Positions 18,366-24,816 of a stretch of DNA of 64,000 nt are shown piece after piece (position 1 is the first letter of the stretch; every line of letters starts with the position of its first letter). The notes under the pieces are model-generated. The model worked only from the letters and a program-made list of their open reading frames with translations. It had not been told where the DNA came from and did no database searches. Position numbers and translations under genes: made by a program. The stretch comes from Chloroflexota bacterium (GTDB lineage: Bacteria; Chloroflexota; Limnocylindria; Limnocylindrales; CSP1-4). The stretch spans positions 7,919 to 71,918 of the forward strand of contig JAJZRQ010000002.1 of NCBI GenBank assembly GCA_021802585.1, read 5' to 3'.

Positions 18366-18971
18366 TCAGCCGTCGACCTCGGGGAGGAGCTGGAGGTCCG
18401 GGGGCCGGATGTCGCAGCGGGCCGGCGCGATCCAGGCGGCGAGGAGGCGGTTGACGACGACCGTCGCCCAGCGGGCCGACATCCGCCCGTCGGGTGCATC
18501 CCACTCGACGGTCGCCTCGGTGAGGGGGACCATCGTCCGGCGACGGAAGCTCATGATCGGGTCGGCGCCGGGGACGACGTGGATGTTCCCGCTCACGTCG
18601 TACGGGCCGACCCGCATCTCGACGGGGATCGAGCGGGTCCGCTTCCGGCGCCGCGGATCGCCGCGCGGCCCGGCGACGGCGACGACGTGGATCTCGTCGC
18701 GCGCGATGACGACGCTGCGGAGGGCCAGGCCGTGGCCGTCGTCGAGGCTCTCGACGTACGTGTCCACGAACTCGAAGTCGCCGCGCTCGTCGAGGAGGTC
18801 GGTCACCCGGCCCGCCGTGAGCGGGACGTACCCGACGGCGAGGGAATCCGCCGTGTAGACGGTCAGCCCGACGAGGGGCGCCGGCGTCGGGTCGGGCTCG
18901 GGACCGGTGGACCCGGCGTCCGGCGAGGCGCGGAGGAAGACCCGCAGCGGGGCCCGGAGCTTCGAGCGCAT
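18366..18971 (-). CDS. Hypothetical protein (201 aa), no family recognised
   Basis: Minus-strand ORF with non-degenerate composition (LVGLTVYTADSLAVGYVPLTAGRVTDLLDERGDFEFVDTYVESLDDGHGLAL...). The track ORF runs to 19187; I start it at ATG 18971. In-frame GTG 18977 sits 7 nt after a TAGGCT -10-like box and is an alternative leaderless start. Confidence 0.55.
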   Translation of the reverse strand: MRSKLRAPLRVFLRASPDAGSTGPEPDPTPAPLVGLTVYTADSLAVGYVPLTAGRVTDLLDERGDFEFVDTYVESLDDGHGLALRSVVIARDEIHVVAVAGPRGDPRRRKRTRSIPVEMRVGPYDVSGNIHVVPGADPIMSFRRRTMVPLTEATVEWDAPDGRMSARWATVVVNRLLAAWIAPARCDIRPPDLQLLPEVDG

Positions 18972-18984
18972 CGACACGCGCACG

Positions 18985-18990
18985 AGCCTA
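18985..18990 (-). promoter_or_regulatory. Candidate -10 (TAGGCT on the minus strand) for the hypothetical gene
   Basis: Minus strand reads ggacTAGGCTcgtgcgcGTGtcgATG. Confidence 0.3.
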
Positions 18991-19083
18991 GTCCGGTCCG
19001 ACCCCCCCGGTTCATGGCTCGATGGTCCTGCCGGGGGATTGGTCGGTTGGGCCACCCGGTCGGCACTCCCCGGGGTGCCCGCC

Positions 19084-19125
19084 GGGTTCGCGGTGGCGTC
19101 CGGACGCCCTGGGTTCGCAGTGGCG
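19084..19125. repeat. Two 15-nt direct repeats flanking a 14-nt perfect palindrome
   Basis: gggttcgcggtggcg (19084-19098) and gggttcgcagtggcg (19111-19125); the palindrome ggcgtccggacgcc (19095-19108) lies between them. Confidence 0.75.
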
Positions 19126-19168
19126 CCTGCCCCCCCGCGCGAGGCGCCTGCCCCCCCGCGCGAGGCGC
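19122..19168. repeat. 21-nt tandem direct repeat, 2.3 copies
   Basis: ggcgcctgcccccccgcgcga occurs twice (19122-19142, 19143-19163), then a partial ggcgc running into the TACGAT box. Confidence 0.85.
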
Positions 19169-19174
19169 TACGAT
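19169..19174 (+). promoter_or_regulatory. Candidate -10 (TACGAT) for tRNA-Leu(UAA)
   Basis: TACGAT lies 15 nt upstream of the tRNA 5' end, immediately after the tandem repeats. Confidence 0.35.
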
Positions 19175-19189
19175 CCACGGGCAGCACCG

Positions 19190-19274
19190 CGCCGAGGTGG
19201 CGAAACCGGCAGACGCGGCCGACCTAAACTCGGCTGCCCGCAAGGGCGTGGGAGTTCGAACCTCCCCCTCGGCA
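19190..19274 (+). tRNA. tRNA-Leu (anticodon TAA), CCA not encoded
   Basis: Acceptor gccgagg/cctcggc, anticodon stem gccga/tcggc with loop ccTAAac, long variable arm, T-arm ggag-ttcgaac-ctcc. Confidence 0.88.
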
Positions 19275-19341
19275 CACGTTCCGGCTGCGCACATCGGGCC
19301 GCGAGGTCTGCCCGTTCGGGAACGGGGACCCGTGCGACACT

Positions 19342-19350
19342 CCCGGCAGA
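19342..19350 (+). promoter_or_regulatory. Candidate extended -10 (TGcGACACT) for the DUF4280 gene
   Basis: cgTGcGACACTcccgg lies 36 nt upstream of ATG 19386; GGGGAG precedes the ATG. Confidence 0.3.
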
Positions 19351-19385
19351 CGGCCGGCCGGGCGCCGGCGGGGCAGGGGAGCACG

Positions 19386-19778
19386 ATGCCGGAGCTCGTC
19401 GCCCAGGGGGCGCTCATGACGTGCACGATGGGACTCGGCCCGCCGGCGCCGCTCACCGTGACGCCGCGGCCGCCGATGCTCCAGGTCGGAGGGCTGCCCG
19501 GCGCGACGATCGCCGACGCCGTGCCGATGGCGAACATCCCGTCGTTCGGGATGTGCAACTCGACGCTGAACCCGGCGGTCATCGCGGCGACGTCGGCCGC
19601 CCTCGGCCTCCACACGCCCGCGCCGTGCGTCCCGGTGCCGGCCGGGGGGTGGGTTCCGGGATCCCCGAAGGTGTCGATCGGAGGGGTCCCGGCCCTCAGC
19701 TCGACGTGCACGTGCCAGTGCGCCTGGCAGGGGACGATCTCGTTCACGAGTGCCGGGCAGGTGAAGGTGACCGGCTGA
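19386..19778 (+). CDS. DUF4280 (PAAR-like) domain protein, stand-alone, 130 aa
   Basis: Matches my recollection of the DUF4280 pattern along its whole length: GALMTCTMG...L.V, NIPSFGMCNSTLNPAV, PCVPVPAGGWVPGSPKVSIGGVPAL, STCTCQCAWQGTISFTSAGQ. Only the last 131 codons of track ORF 18207-19778 are real, because the upstream part runs through tRNA genes. Confidence 0.8.
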   Translation: MPELVAQGALMTCTMGLGPPAPLTVTPRPPMLQVGGLPGATIADAVPMANIPSFGMCNSTLNPAVIAATSAALGLHTPAPCVPVPAGGWVPGSPKVSIGGVPALSSTCTCQCAWQGTISFTSAGQVKVTG

Positions 19779-19808
19779 GACGAGCCTTCCCGGGCCCGTC
19801 CGGGTGGC

Positions 19809-21029
19809 TCAGCCGCGGCGGCGGAGCCCGCCGAGGAGGCCGCCGCGCCGGGTCTCGGGGGCCGGCTCGCCGAGGTCGTCGATCCCGGAGGCCAGCGAGG
19901 CGACGCGGATGAGGGCCTTCGCCGGCGCGGATCCCGGAGCGCCCCGGACGACGGGGACGCCCTCGTTCACGGCCTTGAGGTAGAGGGCAGGGTCGTACGG
20001 CAGCTCGGCGTCGACGCGCGAGGCGATCGCGTTCTCGATCTGGCGGATCGCGAGCAGGTCGCGGGCGAAGAGGTGATTGAGGACGAACGTCGACTTCGCG
20101 GGGACGGCGCCCTGCTCGGTGAGGAACTCGAGGAGGCCGTGGAGCGCCTTGAGGGCTCCCACCTCGGGGACGACGGGGAGGATGACGGCGTCCGCGCGGT
20201 CGAGGACGGCGAGCGCCCGCTCGTCGAGCGCCGCCCCGGCGTCGACGACGAGGGCCCGATAGGCGCGGGCAGCGGTCGCGAGGATCTGCTCGACGTGCGC
20301 CGGCTCGACGATCCGGGCGTGCTCCGGCGTCGCCGGCGCGGCGAAGACGTGGAGCCCGCCCTCGGCCTTCTCGGCATACGTCCGGAGGACGTCCGGCTCG
20401 CGCGTCGCGAGGTCGTCGGCCGCGAGGTCGGACAGCGTGAGCCGCGGCTTCACGTTGAGGTGCGTCGCGACCTGCCCGAACGAGAGGTCGAGGTCGAGGA
20501 TCGCGACCTGGTCCGGGACGTGCGCCGCGAGCGCCGTGGCGACGTTCACGGCGATCGTCGTCGTGCCGGTCCCGCCCTTCGGGCTGAAGCAGGCGAGCAC
20601 GTGGCGCCGCGTCGTGATCGTTGCCTCGCCGCCGGCGAGCGGCGCGAGGTCGCGCGAGCGCTGGAAGCGGATGAGGAGTCCTTCGATGCGGGCTTCGAGC
20701 TCGCGCGGGTCGAAGGGGCGGCCGACGACGTCGTCCGCGCCGGCCTCGAGGAACCGGACGCGCTCCTCGACGTCGTCGGACCGGGCGAGGCACAGGACCG
20801 GGACGCCCGCGAGCGCCGGCGTCCGCCGGATCTCGGCGCAGACCTCGACGGCGGTCCGCGGCGGCTCGACGGTGTCGATCGCGACGAGCGAGAACTCGCC
20901 GGCGCGGCGGATCGCCTCGTCGGGGTCGGTGACGGTCGTGAGAGCGCGGCCCGCGGCGCCGAGCGTCTCGGCGACCGGCCCCGCGGCGTCGGCGGCGGCC
21001 GCGAGGAGGAGGATGGAGATGGTCGTCAC
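19809..21029 (-). CDS. Receiver-like domain fused to a CpaE/TadZ-type (MinD/ParA superfamily) ATPase
   Basis: The N-terminal CheY-like fold keeps the acceptor Asp (SLVAIDTVEP) but has AD for the acidic pair and RPF for KPF. The C-terminal deviant Walker A reads FSPKGGTGTTTIAVNVA. Start taken at GTG 21029 (VTTISILLL); the track ORF extends to 21212. Confidence 0.75.
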   Translation of the reverse strand: MTTISILLLAAAADAAGPVAETLGAAGRALTTVTDPDEAIRRAGEFSLVAIDTVEPPRTAVEVCAEIRRTPALAGVPVLCLARSDDVEERVRFLEAGADDVVGRPFDPRELEARIEGLLIRFQRSRDLAPLAGGEATITTRRHVLACFSPKGGTGTTTIAVNVATALAAHVPDQVAILDLDLSFGQVATHLNVKPRLTLSDLAADDLATREPDVLRTYAEKAEGGLHVFAAPATPEHARIVEPAHVEQILATAARAYRALVVDAGAALDERALAVLDRADAVILPVVPEVGALKALHGLLEFLTEQGAVPAKSTFVLNHLFARDLLAIRQIENAIASRVDAELPYDPALYLKAVNEGVPVVRGAPGSAPAKALIRVASLASGIDDLGEPAPETRRGGLLGGLRRRG

Positions 21030-21065
21030 GGAACGGGGGTTCCCCTCTGTGCGTCGATCGGCCGA

Positions 21066-21071
21066 AGGATA
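21066..21071 (-). promoter_or_regulatory. Candidate -10 (TATCCT on the minus strand) for the REC-ATPase gene
   Basis: Minus strand reads cgcgtgTATCCTtcggccg...agaggggaacccccgttcGTG. Confidence 0.3.
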
Positions 21072-21134
21072 CACGCGAGGCGTGCGCGCCGCGCCCCGAC
21101 CGCGAGGCTCGTGGCCGGCGGTCGACGGGGCCCG

Positions 21135-21143
21135 TGGTACACT
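21135..21143 (+). promoter_or_regulatory. Candidate extended -10 (TGgTACACT) for rpsF-ssb-rpsR
   Basis: cccgTGgTACACTcccgcgg lies 90 nt upstream of the rpsF ATG; GGAAGGAG precedes the ATG. Confidence 0.45.
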
Positions 21144-21232
21144 CCCGCGGTCCTTTCTGCTCCGCCGGGGGACGGGCCGGGCTCCGGCCGCGCCGAGCGG
21201 GGCACATCCCACAGGAAGGAGCGGACACGGCC

Positions 21233-21655
21233 ATGCGCCGATATGAGCTCATGCTCGTCCTCCGGCCCGACGCGCCGGAGGACCGGACCCAGGCGGTCCT
21301 GGAGAAGGCGACCCGCCAGCTCACCGAAGCCGGCGGCCAGATCGTGAAGGCCGCCCCGTGGGGCCGCCGCCGCCTGGCATACCCGATCGACCGCTACCGC
21401 GAGGGGTCGTACCACATCCTCCACTTCGACGCGCCGCCGGAGGCGATCGGGGACCTCGAGCGGACGCTCCTCATCACCGAGGACGTCCTGCGCCACCTCG
21501 TCGTCCGCGTCGAGCGCCCGGTGCGCTCCGCCCGCGCCGACAAGGCCGAGGAGGCCGAGCTCGCGCCGGCCCCCGGCGACGAGGAGGAGGAGGAGCCGCA
21601 GGGCGAGCGGATCGACGAGTCCGAGAGCGAAGCCGCTCCGGCCGCCACCGACTGA
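21233..21655 (+). CDS. rpsF: 30S ribosomal protein S6 with acidic C-terminal tail
   Basis: MRRYELMLVLRPD..., PWGRRRLAYPI..., YHILHFDAP. Confidence 0.93.
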   Translation: MRRYELMLVLRPDAPEDRTQAVLEKATRQLTEAGGQIVKAAPWGRRRLAYPIDRYREGSYHILHFDAPPEAIGDLERTLLITEDVLRHLVVRVERPVRSARADKAEEAELAPAPGDEEEEEPQGERIDESESEAAPAATD

Positions 21656-21670
21656 CCGAGGAGCCGCACG

Positions 21671-22129
21671 ATGGCCTTCGCGAAGCTGATGATCATCGGC
21701 AACCTCGGCCGCGATCCCGAGATGCGCTACACGCCGTCCGGGCGTCCGGTCACCGAGTTCAGCGTCGCGGTCTCGCACCGCGGCCGCGATCAGCAGTCGG
21801 GCGAGTGGGTCGACCAGGGGACCGACTGGTACCGCGTGACGATCTGGGGCGATCGCGGCGAGCGCGCCGCCGAGCAGCTCCGGAAGGGGATGCGAGTCTT
21901 CGTCGAGGGTCGGTTCCGGACCCGCGAGTACGAGGCGCGCGACGGCGCGAAGCGCACGGCCCTCGAGATCACCGCGGACAACGTCATGAGCCTCGACCGC
22001 AGCGCCCGCGACGAGGGGGAGGGCGGCGAGGCCGCGTTCCCCGCCGAGGCGCGGCCGGCGTCCTCGCCGGTCCGGCGCCCGGCACCCGCCGACGACGGGC
22101 CCTCCGACCTCGACGACCTCCCCTTCTGA
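21671..22129 (+). CDS. ssb: Single-stranded DNA-binding protein
   Basis: OB-fold N-terminus (KLMIIGNLGRDPEMRYTPSGRPVTEFSVAV) and acidic tip DLDDLPF. Confidence 0.93.
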   Translation: MAFAKLMIIGNLGRDPEMRYTPSGRPVTEFSVAVSHRGRDQQSGEWVDQGTDWYRVTIWGDRGERAAEQLRKGMRVFVEGRFRTREYEARDGAKRTALEITADNVMSLDRSARDEGEGGEAAFPAEARPASSPVRRPAPADDGPSDLDDLPF

Positions 22130-22156
22130 CCCACCGCCGAAGGAGCCGACCCTCCC

Positions 22157-22423
22157 ATGCCTCCCTCCCGCTCCCGCAAGCGCGACGACTACTACCGCGA
22201 CCGCCGCCGCCGCAAGGTGTGCGCGTTCTGCGCCGACAAGACGTCGCAGATCGACTACAAGGAGGTCAGCCGCCTCCGCCGCTACCTCTCCGAGCGCGCA
22301 AAGATCGAGCCGCGCCGGAAGACGGGCACGTGCGCGGCCCACCAGCGCGAGCTGGCCGTCGCCCTGAAGCGGGCTCGCCACGTGGCGCTCCTCCCCTACG
22401 CGCCCCAGCACCTCCGGCCTTGA
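22157..22423 (+). CDS. rpsR: 30S ribosomal protein S18
   Basis: [53 protein letters not shown]. Confidence 0.93.
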   Translation: MPPSRSRKRDDYYRDRRRRKVCAFCADKTSQIDYKEVSRLRRYLSERAKIEPRRKTGTCAAHQRELAVALKRARHVALLPYAPQHLRP

Positions 22424-22457
22424 CCCGCGGCCGGCGCTCCCGGGGCGGGGGCGCCGG

Positions 22458-23303
22458 GTGATCGTCGGGCTCCTCCTCGCGGCCGGCGGGTTCGGGGCCG
22501 GGGTCTTCGGCTCGCTGCTCGGCCTCGGGGGCGGCATCCTCATCGTGCCGCTCCTCACCGTCGGTTTCGGCCTCGGGTTCCGCGAGGCCGTCGGGGTGAG
22601 CCTCGTGTGCGTCATCGTCACGAGCAGCGCCGCCGCAGGCGTCTTCCTCGAGCGGCACGTCGCGAACCTCCGCCTGGGGATGCTCCTCGAGGTGTTCACG
22701 GCGTCCGGCGCCCTCCTCGGCGGCCTCGTCGCGTTCCTCCTGCCGGAGCGGGTCCTCGCCGCGCTCTTCGCGATCCTCCTCGCCTACACCGCCATCTCGA
22801 TGGCCCGCCGGGGGCGCGCCACCGCGAGCCCCGCGGCGCCGCTCCGCGGGGCGGGATCGTCCGTGCCGGCCGACGACCCGCCGGACGACCCTCCCGCCCC
22901 GACCCTCGCCGACGTCGTCGCCGGGCCCGGCTACCGACCGCGGCACCTCGTCGCCGGCGCCGGGGGGAGCCTCGGTGCGGGGATCCTCTCGGCGCTCCTC
23001 GGCGTCGGGGGAGGGATCGTGAAGGTGCCCCTCATGCACCTCGTCATGGGCGTGCCCCTCAAGGTGGCGACCGCGACGAGCAACCTCATGATCGGGGTCA
23101 CCGCCGCGGCGTCGGCCGTCGTCTACCTCCTCCGCGGCGGGATCGATCCGTACGTCGCCGGCCCGACGGCCGTCGGCGTCTTCGTCGGGGCGATGGCGGG
23201 GTCCCGCCTCGCCGCCCGGATCGAGGTCCGCGTCCTCCGCCTGCTCTTCGTCGGCGTCATCGCCCTCACCGCGGCCCAGATGACGCTCCGAGCGCTCGGG
23301 TGA
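22458..23303 (+). CDS. TSUP/TauE-SafE family (DUF81) anion-exporter-like membrane protein
   Basis: Two-fold repeated 4-TM architecture with GLGGGILIVPLL and LLGVGGGIVKVPLM motifs. Confidence 0.85.
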   Translation: MIVGLLLAAGGFGAGVFGSLLGLGGGILIVPLLTVGFGLGFREAVGVSLVCVIVTSSAAAGVFLERHVANLRLGMLLEVFTASGALLGGLVAFLLPERVLAALFAILLAYTAISMARRGRATASPAAPLRGAGSSVPADDPPDDPPAPTLADVVAGPGYRPRHLVAGAGGSLGAGILSALLGVGGGIVKVPLMHLVMGVPLKVATATSNLMIGVTAAASAVVYLLRGGIDPYVAGPTAVGVFVGAMAGSRLAARIEVRVLRLLFVGVIALTAAQMTLRALG

Positions 23304-23677
23304 GCGGCCCGGTGTCCCCGGGGGCCGCCCCGGCGGGGGTCGAGGCGCGGATCGCGCGCCTCCTCACCCTCGGCACCCGGGTCGGGATCGGGCTCCTCGC
23401 GGTCGGGAGCCTCCTCCTCGTCGCCGGCGGGGCGTCGCCGCTCGGCCGATCCTGGCCGCGCCTGGACCCGGCGGCGCTCCTCGCCGACCTCGTCGCCCTC
23501 CGGGCGGCGGCGTGGCTGTGGGCCGGCCTCATCGTCATGCTCTCCACCCCGCTCCTCCGCGTCGCGACGGCCACCCTCGGGTTCGCCCGGGCCGGGGAGC
23601 GGCGGATGGCCGCACTCGGCGCCGCCGTCCTCCTCGTCGTCGCCCTCGCGGTCGCCGCCGGGATGGCGGCCGGCTGA
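23300..23677 (+). CDS. Small membrane protein, DUF1634-like
   Basis: 125 aa, 3-4 TM, GTGA overlap with the TSUP gene. To my knowledge DUF1634 proteins are commonly paired with DUF81 genes. Confidence 0.6.
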   Translation: MSGPVSPGAAPAGVEARIARLLTLGTRVGIGLLAVGSLLLVAGGASPLGRSWPRLDPAALLADLVALRAAAWLWAGLIVMLSTPLLRVATATLGFARAGERRMAALGAAVLLVVALAVAAGMAAG

Positions 23678-23679
23678 CC

Positions 23680-24741
23680 GTGGACCTCCTCGTCCTGGCA
23701 GTCTCGCTCGTCGCGATCCTCGCCGGCGCGGAGCTCTTCACGAACGGCGTCGAGTGGCTCGGCCACCGGCTCGACCTCGGTGAGGGGGCGGTGGGCAGCG
23801 TGCTCGCCGCCGTCGGGACGGCCCTCCCGGAGACGATGATCCCGCTCGTCGCGATCGTCTTCGCCGGCGGCGCAGGGGCGGACGAGATCGGGATCGGGGC
23901 GATCCTGGGGGCGCCGTTCATGCTCGCCACGCTCGCGATGTTCGTGACCGGGATCGCCGTCGTCGCCTTCCGGCGCCGGCGCTCTGCCGGGACGGGCGTG
24001 CGCGTCGACGTCGGGCTCCTCGCCGGCGACGCCCGGGCCTTCCTCGGGGCGTATGCGCTCGCGATCGGCGCGGCGTTCCTCCCGCCGGAGCTCGGCCCGG
24101 TCGGCCTGCTCGTGGCGGTCGGCCTCCTCCTGCTCTACGCCCGCTACGTCGCCGCCCACCTCCGCGCCGAGCGGGACGAGGCCCTCGAGGATCCCCAGCC
24201 GCTCCGCCTCGCGCGCCTCGACCGGGCGCGCCGGGAGGGGCCCGGCGCGCCGCCGGGCCTCGGGGTCGTGAGCGTCCAGGTGGCCGTCGCCCTCGCCTGC
24301 ATCATCGTCGGGGCCGCGTTCTTCGTCGGGGCGGTGGAGCGCGTCGCCGTGGCGGCCGGCATCGACCGGACGCTGCTCGCCCTCCTCATTGCGCCGATCG
24401 CCACGGAGCTGCCCGAGAAGCTCAACAGCGTCCTCTGGGTCCGCGAGGGGAAGGACAACCTCGCCCTCGGGAACATCACGGGGGCGATGGTCTTCCAGAG
24501 CGCGATCCCGACGAGCATCGCCCTCGTCTTCGCCCCCCGCGCCTGGACGATCGGGGCGGGGAGCGGGGTCGCGTTCCTCTCCGCCGGCGTCGCCGTCCTC
24601 TCGCTCGGCGCGATCGTCCTTCCGGCGCTCCGTCGGGGCCGGCTCACCGGAGGCGCCCTCCTCGTCGGCGGCGCGTTCTACGTCGCGTACCTGGGGGTCG
24701 TCCTGGCCCTCGCGGGTCCCGGCGGGGTGGCCGGGGGCTGA
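23680..24741 (+). CDS. Sodium/calcium exchanger (CaCA) family antiporter
   Basis: Two alpha-repeat motifs (AAVGTALPETMIPLVA and IAPIATELPEKLNSV) and about 10 TM. GTG 23680 lies within track ORF 23512-24741. Confidence 0.8.
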   Translation: MDLLVLAVSLVAILAGAELFTNGVEWLGHRLDLGEGAVGSVLAAVGTALPETMIPLVAIVFAGGAGADEIGIGAILGAPFMLATLAMFVTGIAVVAFRRRRSAGTGVRVDVGLLAGDARAFLGAYALAIGAAFLPPELGPVGLLVAVGLLLLYARYVAAHLRAERDEALEDPQPLRLARLDRARREGPGAPPGLGVVSVQVAVALACIIVGAAFFVGAVERVAVAAGIDRTLLALLIAPIATELPEKLNSVLWVREGKDNLALGNITGAMVFQSAIPTSIALVFAPRAWTIGAGSGVAFLSAGVAVLSLGAIVLPALRRGRLTGGALLVGGAFYVAYLGVVLALAGPGGVAGG

Positions 24742-24753
24742 CGGCCCGCCGGC

Positions 24754-24759
24754 TATACT
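24754..24759 (+). promoter_or_regulatory. Candidate -10 (TATACT) for ilvE
   Basis: cggcTATACTcggg in the intergenic gap; GAAGGAG lies 8 nt before ATG 24817. Confidence 0.4.
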
Positions 24760-24816
24760 CGGGAGCGTCCGGCATCGGGGTGGCCCGGCCCCGGACGACG
24801 CGAAGGAGCCGACCCG

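Noticed and set aside
18588-18660. A PilZ-like c-di-GMP binding motif in the 201-aa hypothetical (RRRKR followed by DVSGN).
   Set aside because: The spacing between the RxxxR-like and DxSxxG-like elements is only about 13 residues, against the usual 20-30. The terminal Gly of DxSxxG is missing (DVSGNI). The resemblance is too weak to call without a profile search.
19084-19168. A CRISPR-like or iteron array formed by the tandem repeats upstream of tRNA-Leu(UAA).
   Set aside because: There are only 2-2.3 copies, the units are contiguous with no spacers, and no cas genes are present. It is recorded as a promoter-proximal repeat instead.
18207-19385. The upstream 393 codons of the 523-aa plus-strand ORF 18207-19778.
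   Set aside because: This part runs through tRNA-Cys, the antisense of the 201-aa gene and tRNA-Leu(UAA). Only the last 131 codons, from ATG 19386 with its own SD, match a protein family (DUF4280).
18278-21232. An integrative element inserted at a tRNA (att duplication, integrase).
   Set aside because: I found no direct repeat of the 3' ends of tRNA-Cys or tRNA-Leu(UAA) downstream. There is no integrase, recombinase or transposase, and base composition does not visibly differ from the flanks. If the region was horizontally acquired it is old or ameliorated.
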